Shown one piece after another: positions 36,891-45,709 of a DNA stretch of 64,000 nt (position 1 is the first letter of the stretch; each line of letters opens with the position of its first letter). The stretch is from positions 1,184,001 through 1,248,000 of the forward strand of contig OZ253449.1 in the NCBI GenBank assembly GCA_965261345.1, written 5' to 3'. The notes beneath the pieces are model-generated. The model was not told where the DNA came from. It made no database searches and worked only from the letters and a program-made list of their open reading frames with translations. The position numbers and the translations under genes are program-made. This DNA comes from Chloroflexota bacterium (GTDB lineage: Bacteria > Chloroflexota > UBA11872 > VXNJ01).

Positions 36891-37820
36891 ATGAGCGCGA
36901 TTGCCGCGGCCATCGGGCCCAAAGACACCCAAGCGGCGCTGGCGATGCTGTCTGATCTTGAGGGCCGGGCCGACCTGGTCGAGCTGCGCTTGGACCTGAT
37001 GGAGAGCTTCAATCTGGAAACGTTGACCGCGGCCGGCCCCCGGTTGCTGGTTACCAACCGCGCCCGCGCCGAGGGCGGGATGGCCGACGGGAGCCGACAT
37101 GAACGGCTGCGACCGCTGCTGGCGGCGATCGACTTGGGCTGCGCCTACATCGACGTCGAGACCGACCTGGTCGAGCTGGTCCCCGACCGCGGCGCAACCG
37201 GGCTGGTCGTATCACAGCATGACTTCTCGTCCACCCCGCCCGATTTGCTGGCCCGCGCCCGGCATATGGAAACGCTGGGCGCCGATGTGGTCAAGCTGGC
37301 GGTAATGCCCACCGCGCCGCAGGATGCAATCGTACCGCTGGAACTGCTCAATCAGGCCCGGCAGCCGACGGTGGCGATCGCGATGGGGCCGCTGGGGCTG
37401 GTGAGCCGGGTGGCGGCGCTGCGGTTCGAAAACTGCGCCTTTACCTATGCAACCGCCGACGGCGACCGCGGAACCGCCCCCGGCCAGCTTTCGATCTCCC
37501 AGTTGCGCCGCGACTTTAGGGCCGATTCGATCTCGCCTGCCACCGCCCTGTTTGGTCTGTTCGGACCGGCCAGCAAGGCGATGTGGCTCGCCTGCCGGGT
37601 CAGTGCGCGCCTGGCGACCGCGGGCGTTGATGGGGTCTGCATCCCCTTGGCGACGCAGCTGAACACGCCCGCCGCACTGGTCCGCCTTGGCCGCGTTGGG
37701 TTTGCTGGATTCTGGGACGTGGGGCGATCCTGTTTTGCCCTCCGGCCGGACATCGAAAGCGCCCGCGCGGTCGATCCGGAAGAGGCCGCCGCCTGGTTTG
37801 CGCGGCTGGTGGGGCGCTAA
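36891..37820 (+). CDS. aroD: Type I 3-dehydroquinate dehydratase with degenerate C-terminal shikimate dehydrogenase remnant
   Basis: VELRLD, TNR...EGG, YIDVE, SQHDF, VVKLA, AMGPLG..SR, TAPGQ. Confidence 0.88.
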   Translation: MSAIAAAIGPKDTQAALAMLSDLEGRADLVELRLDLMESFNLETLTAAGPRLLVTNRARAEGGMADGSRHERLRPLLAAIDLGCAYIDVETDLVELVPDRGATGLVVSQHDFSSTPPDLLARARHMETLGADVVKLAVMPTAPQDAIVPLELLNQARQPTVAIAMGPLGLVSRVAALRFENCAFTYATADGDRGTAPGQLSISQLRRDFRADSISPATALFGLFGPASKAMWLACRVSARLATAGVDGVCIPLATQLNTPAALVRLGRVGFAGFWDVGRSCFALRPDIESARAVDPEEAAAWFARLVGR

Positions 37821-37906
37821 ATATTGCCCCCGCCGCCCGCCCCCGTTTGTCCGGGCGGTCAAAATTGGACAGGTCCCATCAGAAAAATTCCCGACCGCTA
37901 CCGCCG

Positions 37907-40438
37907 ATGATTTCTTTCGCGTCGAACTGGCGCCGGCTCCCGCTGCTGGCCCTGCTGGCCGCCCTGCTGGTGCTGGCCAGCCCGGCCCCGCCGGCCGCCG
38001 CACTGGGGGGCCCCGGCGAGCTGCCGGGAATCTGCGGATACGAAGCAGCGCTGCGCGCGGCGATCGAGGAGGCGCTTGGGATCGGGGTTAACCAGTGCGA
38101 CGAGGTCACCGAGGGGGACCTGGCCGAAATAACCGAACTGGTCCTCTCCGACCGGCAGATCAACCGGTTCGCGCCCGACCCCGGCCAGTTGGTCGGGTTC
38201 GACCCGTTTCTGCGCATCGACCTGCGCGACACCCAGCTGACCCTGGCCGACATCGACCCCGGCGCCATTCCGCTAACCGACGACGGCGATGACCTCTTCT
38301 ACACCCTGATCCTGGGCGGCGGCGGCTCCGCGAACGGGTTCGCCGCGAACCGCTACCTGGCCACCGAAGGCGAGCCGGTGCTGGTGGGAATTAACTGGGG
38401 TGATCGCCCCGATACGGGTACCCTGCGCGCCGCCAAACGGATTGACGGAGATCCTGGCGGCCAGATCTATTTCGCCCACCGCGTCTACTCTGAGCAGGAG
38501 GAGGCCGACAACCGCGACGATCTCGAATTCTTCCGCTGGATCGTTACCCGCGATGACGACCCCGCGGACGCCCAGTACGCGACTGTCCTGCCGATTCATG
38601 ACGACCGCGAGATCGAACGCGACCGGCAATCGGTTGAGGAGATCGAGATCGACCTGCTGGTTGTAACCGACGACCGCGGCGAGTTGGGATTGACCGAACC
38701 GACCCGCGCCGACGCGCTCTACCGGGACCGTGACGCCCCCTTGCGCGACTACGTAGATGACTACCTGGAGGGCTCCAGCGACCGCGAAAGCGCCGAGCTG
38801 ATCATTGCCGACAACGACGTCCCGGCCAGCCCGGTCTGCTCGCGCACGATCGTTGAACAGATCGAGGAGCTGCTTGACCTGAGCCGCTGCCAAGATATTT
38901 CGGCGAGGGACCTGGGGCGCGAACTGGATGAATTCGACCTTTCCGATTCGGGGCTCGAATCGCTGGCGGCGGGCGACCTGGGCGGCCTGACCGGGCTGGC
39001 CCGGTTGGACCTGTCGGGCAACGAGCTGGCAACCCTGCCGCGCGGGATCTTTAGCGACATTGGCGCCGCGCGGATAGAGGGTTACCCGGAGGCGCGCGAC
39101 CAGGAGGCTCTCATCGATCTGCGCGACAACCGCGGGGCCACCGGCCAGGGCTTCTATCACACCGACTTGCCCTCGCATGTGCTGGCCGACCTTAAGGAGC
39201 ACCAGCGAATCCAGCTCAACAGCGGGGCCGGACTGATCCGCGGATTCGACCGGCCCCGCTACCAGGTGGCCGAGGGCGGCACGCTGGCCTTCATCGTCCG
39301 CCTGGAGGGCCTGGATCGGCCGGCGATCGAGTTTCAGGTGCTGGCCACCGATACCGCCGAGGCCGATCCGACCGAGGATTCGGAGAGCTTTGATCTGCCC
39401 GGCCTGCTGCCCGGTCAGAACGAACCGACCGCCTATCGGCTCTATTCGACCGATGATGACAACGAGCGCCGCTTAACGGGCACCTTCGCGCTGGCGGTCG
39501 ACATACCCGAGGAGACGATCGACGATGGTCGCAACGATACCTTCACGATGCGCCTGGCAACCAGAGACGGGATCGGTTCGACGCAGGCGATTGCCAGGGT
39601 CACGATTCTTGACGGCGACGATCCGGTCGGTCCCGATCCCGGCCCGCCGCCGCCCGACCTGGGAACCTGGTTGGTTAAGGACGCCGATTTCATAGTCGAC
39701 GACAAAAACAAAACTCTGGCCCACAACGTTCCCGAACTGTCGGCCATAGTCGATGGCCAGGCCCTGGTTGCCGATTTCCTGGGCCACTACCGGCGCACCG
39801 GCGCAAAGACTCGCTGGGGGCTTCCGATCTCGGAGGTGCTGGTAGTTGAGAGCGGGACGCTGACCCAGTACTATCAACGCGGCGTCGTCGACTTCCACCG
39901 ACGGCCCGACCTGGGCGGGGCTTGGGTGATTGAGCGCCGCCTGGCTTGGGACTATTTCGGCGGCGGGGTCGATGGGTCGACCGACCTCGGGGTGGAGCTT
40001 GGCACCTTCAATCCCAACCCCGGGCAGCAGCTGGGTCCGTGGGGACACAAGGTGTCAAATCAGGCCGTCGACGGTACCCAGATCGGGTTTGCCGACTTCT
40101 TTGACAGGCTCGGCGGGGTCGATGCCTTCGGCTACCCCAAGACCGAGGCGCGGGTCGACTCCGGTCTCCCCGGCACGCTCTTCATACCGGCCGCCACCGC
40201 TGGCTTTATCCGTCAGTACTTCCAGGCCGCGGTGATGGAATTCCACCCCGACGGCCCCGGCGATCTGGTCAAGCTGCGGTTGCTTGGCGATGACCTGCGC
40301 AACCGGCAATTTCCCAACGCCTCATTTGCCGGCCTGACCCCATTCCAGGCCGCCACCCGGCTACCCAACGGCTCGTTCTTTATTCCTGAGGCGGTCAGCA
40401 CCACCGCCGCTGCGGCGTCCGACCCGAACGTGGGCTAG
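37907..40438 (+). CDS. Large secreted surface protein: LRR/Cys-cap units, Ig/Calx-beta-like regions, C-terminal LGFP-like module
   Basis: Signal peptide; two Cys caps (ICGY...QCDEVT, VCSRT...RCQDIS); LRR LxxLDLSGNELxxLPxGIF; shared module near 39716-40316. Confidence 0.8.
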   Translation: MISFASNWRRLPLLALLAALLVLASPAPPAAALGGPGELPGICGYEAALRAAIEEALGIGVNQCDEVTEGDLAEITELVLSDRQINRFAPDPGQLVGFDPFLRIDLRDTQLTLADIDPGAIPLTDDGDDLFYTLILGGGGSANGFAANRYLATEGEPVLVGINWGDRPDTGTLRAAKRIDGDPGGQIYFAHRVYSEQEEADNRDDLEFFRWIVTRDDDPADAQYATVLPIHDDREIERDRQSVEEIEIDLLVVTDDRGELGLTEPTRADALYRDRDAPLRDYVDDYLEGSSDRESAELIIADNDVPASPVCSRTIVEQIEELLDLSRCQDISARDLGRELDEFDLSDSGLESLAAGDLGGLTGLARLDLSGNELATLPRGIFSDIGAARIEGYPEARDQEALIDLRDNRGATGQGFYHTDLPSHVLADLKEHQRIQLNSGAGLIRGFDRPRYQVAEGGTLAFIVRLEGLDRPAIEFQVLATDTAEADPTEDSESFDLPGLLPGQNEPTAYRLYSTDDDNERRLTGTFALAVDIPEETIDDGRNDTFTMRLATRDGIGSTQAIARVTILDGDDPVGPDPGPPPPDLGTWLVKDADFIVDDKNKTLAHNVPELSAIVDGQALVADFLGHYRRTGAKTRWGLPISEVLVVESGTLTQYYQRGVVDFHRRPDLGGAWVIERRLAWDYFGGGVDGSTDLGVELGTFNPNPGQQLGPWGHKVSNQAVDGTQIGFADFFDRLGGVDAFGYPKTEARVDSGLPGTLFIPAATAGFIRQYFQAAVMEFHPDGPGDLVKLRLLGDDLRNRQFPNASFAGLTPFQAATRLPNGSFFIPEAVSTTAAAASDPNVG

Positions 40439-41826
40439 GTCCCAGGCCCCCCTGCCCACTGCAGTGGGCGGTTGAGGACCGCCGCCGGATCGGCGCGGTC
40501 GCGCAGCCGCTGAAAGACCGCCCGGGTGTCGTGGTCGAACGCCTTTTCCAGGTGGGTTCGCTTTACCCGACCGAGGCCGTGCTCGCCCGATAGCACCCCG
40601 CCCAGGGCCACGCTCAGGTCGGCGATCTGAGCCAGCGCGCGCGCGACCCGTTCGCGCTCAGCGGGGCTTTGCGGGTCGTAGAGCACGTTGGGATGCAGGG
40701 TGCCGTCGCCGATGTGGCCAAAGAGCGCGATCGGCAGGCCGAGTTCGGCGCTGATCGCTTTTATCTGGGCGACCGCTTCACCGACTCGGCTGCACGGCAG
40801 GCAGATATCCTCGCCGATCTTGCCGGGTCGAATGCGGGCCAACGAGGAGGTGATGGCGTGCCGGGCTTCCCAGTAGCGGGCCTCGGCCGCTCCCGCGACC
40901 GCAACCGCGGTGACGCCCGAGAGCGGAGCCAAGGCCTCCAAGGCGGTCTCCCGTTGGTACCGGCAGTGGTCTGCCAGGCCGTCGAATTCGACCAGCAGGT
41001 AGGCGCCAACGGAAGGGTCCAGGCCCCGATCGCGGGCTGCCTGAACGGCGGCGATGGCCACGTCGTCCATAAATTCGACCCGCGCCGGGGTCAACCCGGC
41101 CGCCAGCAGCTTGAGGGTGGCCGCCGCCGCGGCCTGGGCGTTGGCGCAGCTGGCGACCAGGGTTAGCCGCGCTGGCGGCTGCGGCAGCAGGGCCAGTTCG
41201 ACCTGGGTGATCAGGCCCAGGGTCCCCTCGGCCCCGACGAGGAGCTCGAGCAGGCCCTCGCTGGGCGTCCCGCGCCGGACCCAGGCTAGCTGGCCGTCCA
41301 ATGTGGCGTACTGGAGGGCCAGGACGTGGTGACGGATTACCCCGTAGGCCAGCGCCAGCGCCCCGCCGGCGTTGGTCGAAACGTTGCCGCCGATCATTGA
41401 AATCGCCCGCGCCCCGGGGTCGGGGGCCAGAAAGAGCCCGTATTCGGCCGCCGCCCGGTCGATCGCCGCGGTTTTGGTGCCGGCCGCGCAGGCAACGCTC
41501 AGGTTGTCAGGCGATACTTCCGGCGGTCCATCGAGCAGTTCGGTCGAGAGCACCACCGACCCGTCGGCGGGGGTCGCCCCGGCGGCCAGTGAGGTCCCGC
41601 CGCCGCGCAGCGTGAGCGGTATCCCCAGCCGGGCGGCCAGCGCCAGGGCGGCGCCGGCGTTGGCCGGCGAGGTTGGGAAGATCGCCAGGCTTGGTTGGCC
41701 GCGGTAACCGACCGTGGCGTCGATCCCATAGGCCGCCAGCGAGGCCGGGTCGGAGAGGACATTGGCGGGGCCGAGCAGCTCGGCAAAGTGCCCGGCCGGA
41801 TCGGGGTGCCCGGCGTCCGGGCTCAA
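40435..41826 (-). CDS. FAD-linked oxidase, GlcD / D-lactate dehydrogenase family
   Basis: RGGGTSL, PDP, IGGNVSTNAGG, GAEGTLG, FGHIGDGTLH, SGEHGLG. Confidence 0.9.
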   Translation of the reverse strand: MSPDAGHPDPAGHFAELLGPANVLSDPASLAAYGIDATVGYRGQPSLAIFPTSPANAGAALALAARLGIPLTLRGGGTSLAAGATPADGSVVLSTELLDGPPEVSPDNLSVACAAGTKTAAIDRAAAEYGLFLAPDPGARAISMIGGNVSTNAGGALALAYGVIRHHVLALQYATLDGQLAWVRRGTPSEGLLELLVGAEGTLGLITQVELALLPQPPARLTLVASCANAQAAAAATLKLLAAGLTPARVEFMDDVAIAAVQAARDRGLDPSVGAYLLVEFDGLADHCRYQRETALEALAPLSGVTAVAVAGAAEARYWEARHAITSSLARIRPGKIGEDICLPCSRVGEAVAQIKAISAELGLPIALFGHIGDGTLHPNVLYDPQSPAERERVARALAQIADLSVALGGVLSGEHGLGRVKRTHLEKAFDHDTRAVFQRLRDRADPAAVLNRPLQWAGGPGT

Positions 41827-41875
41827 CCGACAGCGCCACGGCCGGCCGGATGGCGGCCCGACCGCCGACCGAGAC

Positions 41876-41950
41876 TGGTACCCCCTAGGCGATTCGAACG
41901 CCTGCCCCCGGCTCCGGAGGCCGGTGCTCTATCCACTGAGCTAAGGGGGC
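41876..41950 (-). tRNA. tRNA-Arg (anticodon CCG), CCA encoded
   Basis: Reverse complement GCCCCCTTAGCTCAGTGGATAGAGCACCGGCCTCCGGAGCCGGGGGCAGGCGTTCGAATCGCCTAGGGGGTACCA folds as a cloverleaf. Confidence 0.96.
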
Positions 41951-42079
41951 GTGCGCGGTTTGCCGACATGCAATATCGTAATTGGTCGATCGGTCGACCG
42001 GCAAGCTGCCTTCATTTTGCAAGAATTTCCCCGAGCGCGTATTCCACGATCCTTCACCCGACCTAGGGAGTGCCAGCCG

Positions 42080-43321
42080 ATTGGCGAGCGAGCCCGTTTT
42101 CACCGCCCGGGAATCGATCCGGACTGCACCGCCCTGGCGGTACAGCTCGACTCGTTGGGCCTTGGCCTGCCCGGACTAAACGGACCGGTCAGCGAAGCCT
42201 TGCTTTTCGGGATCGGTGGCGGGATCGGCGCCGGAGTGTTCCAGTTCATTTACGAGCAGGAGGACTTCGCCTCGTTCTTCGTCGCCGGGCGTGCCTCTTG
42301 GGAGGACCCGCTCAGCTGGCTCGGCAACGCCTGCAAGCGCCTGGGGCTGACCTACCGGGTCTTCGAATCGGGCGCGCGCCGTAAGGCCGCCGCCGCCCTA
42401 ACCGCCTACCTTGAAGGCGGGCGCCCGGTGATCGCCTGGGTCGATTCGGGGCTGCTGTCCTACCGCGGAATGGGCGACGACTGCGAGGGCGGCGGCTACC
42501 ACACTGTGTCGGTCCACCATCTCGGCCCGGGCGGGGCACTGCTGGGCGACCTGGCGCCGGCGCCGCTGGCGGTTCCCGAAGCCGATTTGGCCAACGCGCG
42601 GGCGCGGATCCGCAAGCACCGCAACCGCCTGCTGCAGGTGTGTCCGGGCCAGATCGAGGGGAACCTGGAGGGCCTGGTGTGGGCGGGCCTGCGCGCCTGC
42701 GTTGATGGACAGGACAAGCCCCGCAATCGCAGTTTCTCAATCGAGGCGTTCCGGGTCTGGGGGCAGCGCCTGCACGGCGGTTCGGGCAAACAGGCCTGGT
42801 CCAGCGCCTATCCGGTCGGCCATCGGCTGCTGGCCGCCCTGGTCGCAATTGCCCGCTACGTCGGGTGCTACGAGAACGACGGAGCGCTCCACCGCGATCT
42901 GATGGCCCAGTTCCTTAGCGAGGCCGGCGCGGCGATTGGCGATCCGGAGCTGGGCGCGCTTGCTTCTGCCTACCGGGGCCTTGCCCAGAGTTGGCGGCGG
43001 CTGGCCGAAAGCGCCCTGCCCGAATCCTGCGAGCCGCTGGCAAACCTGCGCGCGGGCCTTTACTCGGCCCGGGCGGCATTCCTGGCCGGACTGCCCGACG
43101 CCAGCGGGCGACTGCGGTCGGCCGAAGCGCGTATCGATGAGTTGGACCGTCAGCTGAAGGCCGGGTCCCAATTCCCGCTGTCGCCGGTCCAGATAACCGG
43201 CCTGCTGGAGGACCTACAAGTTCAGGTTCTGGCCATCTACGCGGCGGAAAAGTCGGCCTTGGACGAGCTCGGGCGCTGGCTGGCGGATTCGCGCGACCGA
43301 TTGGCGATAAATTTTCGGTAG
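42080..43321 (+). CDS. BtrH N-terminal / DUF4872 family (papain-like fold) protein
   Basis: SEALLFGIGGGIG, GRPVIAWVD..LL.Y, GGYH. Track start 41951 abuts the tRNA; ATT at 42080 follows AGGGAG. Confidence 0.7.
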   Translation: MGERARFHRPGIDPDCTALAVQLDSLGLGLPGLNGPVSEALLFGIGGGIGAGVFQFIYEQEDFASFFVAGRASWEDPLSWLGNACKRLGLTYRVFESGARRKAAAALTAYLEGGRPVIAWVDSGLLSYRGMGDDCEGGGYHTVSVHHLGPGGALLGDLAPAPLAVPEADLANARARIRKHRNRLLQVCPGQIEGNLEGLVWAGLRACVDGQDKPRNRSFSIEAFRVWGQRLHGGSGKQAWSSAYPVGHRLLAALVAIARYVGCYENDGALHRDLMAQFLSEAGAAIGDPELGALASAYRGLAQSWRRLAESALPESCEPLANLRAGLYSARAAFLAGLPDASGRLRSAEARIDELDRQLKAGSQFPLSPVQITGLLEDLQVQVLAIYAAEKSALDELGRWLADSRDRLAINFR

Positions 43322-43354
43322 ATGTATTCGGGAATCGCCCGTAAGGCTTGCCAA

Positions 43355-44239
43355 TTGAGCGCAAATAATCAAACGATCGCCATTACCGGGGGCGCCGGCC
43401 GGATCGGGCGCCTGGTTGCGGCCAATCTGGCCGAGTGGGGCGCGCAGCTGCGCATCCTAGATCTTGAGCAGGCCAACTTCGAGGGGCTGGCCGACCGACC
43501 TGGAATCTCGGTCTGCGCCGGCGACATCACCGATCCGGCCTACGTGCGTGAGGCGCTCACCGGTTGCGACCAGGTCGTCCACCTGGCCGCGGTGCTGCCG
43601 CCGATCGCCGACCAGAACGAACAGCTGGCCCAGCAGGTCAACGTGGGCGGGACCGCCAACGTTGTGTGGGCGATGGCGACAGCCTGTCCCGGCGCGCGGT
43701 TGATTTTTTCGTCTTCGGTGGTGGTCTACGGGGACTCCCAGGACTGCCCGCCGCCGGTGGGCACCGATCAGGCGCCGGCCGGGATTGGCAGCTACGCCCG
43801 ATCCAAGGTCGATTGCGAGGCCCTGATCGCCCGCTCAGGGGTGAGTGCGACCGTAATAAGGGTTTCCGGAGTTGCGGTGGCCGAGGCCCTAATGCCCCCG
43901 CAGCCCTGGCCGTTCACCGCCGACCAGCGCATGGAATTCGTGCTGCTGGAAGATGCCGCCGGGCCGCTGGCCGCCGCCGCGCGCGACCCGTCGACGGCCG
44001 ACCGGACTTACAACGTCGCCGGAGGGCCCAGCTGGCGAATGACCGGTCGGAAATATTCAAACGACTACTACCATCTGCTGGAGATGGCGCCGGAGGAGGC
44101 GACCTTCCTGGATCACTCGCGCGCATTTGACTACTTCGACACCGCCAGCGCTGTTGCCGAACTGGGGTTTGAGCCGACTCCCTACCCGGTTTACCTGGAG
44201 CGCACGCGGCGGGCAATTGAGGAAATGTTCGGCCTTTAG
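43355..44239 (+). CDS. NAD-dependent epimerase/dehydratase
   Basis: TGGAGRIG, VHLAA, SSSVVVYG, YARSK. Start TTG 43355 (or ATG 43322). Confidence 0.85.
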   Translation: MSANNQTIAITGGAGRIGRLVAANLAEWGAQLRILDLEQANFEGLADRPGISVCAGDITDPAYVREALTGCDQVVHLAAVLPPIADQNEQLAQQVNVGGTANVVWAMATACPGARLIFSSSVVVYGDSQDCPPPVGTDQAPAGIGSYARSKVDCEALIARSGVSATVIRVSGVAVAEALMPPQPWPFTADQRMEFVLLEDAAGPLAAAARDPSTADRTYNVAGGPSWRMTGRKYSNDYYHLLEMAPEEATFLDHSRAFDYFDTASAVAELGFEPTPYPVYLERTRRAIEEMFGL

Positions 44240-44351
44240 GGTGCCCGCCGGGGCGGTTACAGAGTGGGACTTTCAGGCAATAGACTTGGCCGAATTGACG
44301 CGCAGAAAAGGCGGCCCGCCGAACGCTGCCACGAGTTAAAGGGAATGGCCT

Positions 44352-44528
44352 ATGGGCAGAATGATCATGTCGCTATTTGCCGTGGTCGGCATGATGGTAG
44401 TTGGCCTGTTGGCGGTGGCCGTGGGCCTGTTTGCCTTCGACGAGTACCGGCGCAGCCAGGAATCGGCCGGCGAACCCGATTCCCCGCCGGAACCGGCGGC
44501 GGACGACCCCGAGCTGGAAACCGCCTGA
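44352..44528 (+). CDS. Small (58 aa) single-pass membrane protein with acidic tail
   Basis: AAGGGA upstream; MGRMIMSLFAVVGMMVVGLLAVAVGLFAFDEYRRSQESAGEPDSPPEPAADDPELETA*. Not in track. Confidence 0.65.
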   Translation: MGRMIMSLFAVVGMMVVGLLAVAVGLFAFDEYRRSQESAGEPDSPPEPAADDPELETA

Positions 44529-44587
44529 TCCCCGAATCGGCCCCGCCCGCCGCCTTCCCCGGGGGAGCCGCCCGGGCGCGCTAGCTG

Positions 44588-45700
44588 GTGGATTGGAAAA
44601 TGCGCTGGCTGCTCCTGCCGGTGGCTTTGTGCGTAATCCTGATCGGACCGATCGACCGTAATCTGCGTGCCCTGGAGCTGGTCAGTCTTAACGCCACCTC
44701 CGCCCGCCTGGCCCCGATCACCCGCCTGGCTCCGCAAACTGCCCGCTACGAAAAGGAAATCCAGGTCGGCGCCGAACCGGTAAGGATTAGCGTGTTCGAC
44801 CCGGGCGGGCTGGGCAATCCGCCGCGGGTGGTGCTGGCCAATGGGGTGGTTGCCGACGGCCGCAATTACGGTGAACTGGTGCTGCTGGCCCAGTCGCTGG
44901 CCCGGGTCGGCTACCTGGTCGAGATCCCCGAACTGTACACCTATACGCACCTACGGCTCGATGGGCGCGACGTGGCGGTGCTGCAGGCGGCGATCTCCAA
45001 TCCGCGACCGGCCAACGCGGTGATCGGGATATCGGTGGGCGGCTCGCTGGGGTTGATCGCCGCGGCCCGGGTGGAGGCCCCGGTGGGAGTGGTGGCGATC
45101 GGTCCCTACGGCCGGCTCGACCAGGTGCTCGCGGCGGCCACAACCGGACAGATCGGCTACGAGGGCAAAACCGTGGGCTATCGCCCGGCCAGTTTCGTCT
45201 GGACGGTGCTGCGCGATACCCTGCTCGCCAACTTGCGATCCAACGACCGGCTGCTGCTGTCCAGGCTCTTCCCCGGTCGCGGACCCCAGCCCGATCCCGG
45301 ACAGGCGCACCTGGTCGGCCAGCTGGGGGCCGAGGGGCGGTCCGTCTACGCCCTTTTCACCCTGCGCGACCACGCTCGGCTCCCGGAAACCCTGGCCAGG
45401 TTGCCGGTCCGCCTGCGCCAGCAGCTGACCGAACTTTCGCCGGCCACCTGGGCGGCGGCCGGAACCGGTCGGGTCGTCATATTTCACTTTGCCGGCGATC
45501 CCTACTTTCCCGCGCAAGAGTCACGGTTGCTCACAGCCCAGATGGGCGCGCGGGCTCGACTCTTCGATTCGGGGCTGATCGATCACGGGCAGCTTCGCCT
45601 CCCTTCACTGGACGCTTCCAACCTGGTCGGCTATTACGTGCCCGAAACGCTGTCCTTTATGCGCTTTGTGTCTGCTGCGCTGGAGGTCAGCGGGCGCTGA
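44588..45700 (+). CDS. Secreted or membrane-anchored alpha/beta-hydrolase-fold protein
   Basis: N-terminal hydrophobic segment; GISVGG nucleophile elbow; D (GDPYFP) and H (LIDH). Confidence 0.7.
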   Translation: MDWKMRWLLLPVALCVILIGPIDRNLRALELVSLNATSARLAPITRLAPQTARYEKEIQVGAEPVRISVFDPGGLGNPPRVVLANGVVADGRNYGELVLLAQSLARVGYLVEIPELYTYTHLRLDGRDVAVLQAAISNPRPANAVIGISVGGSLGLIAAARVEAPVGVVAIGPYGRLDQVLAAATTGQIGYEGKTVGYRPASFVWTVLRDTLLANLRSNDRLLLSRLFPGRGPQPDPGQAHLVGQLGAEGRSVYALFTLRDHARLPETLARLPVRLRQQLTELSPATWAAAGTGRVVIFHFAGDPYFPAQESRLLTAQMGARARLFDSGLIDHGQLRLPSLDASNLVGYYVPETLSFMRFVSAALEVSGR

Positions 45701-45709
45701 CGAGGGCGC

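Noticed and set aside
41827-41950. tRNA-Arg as integration site of a genomic island
   Set aside because: No integrase and no duplicated tRNA 3' end found; the gene downstream is an ordinary metabolic gene.
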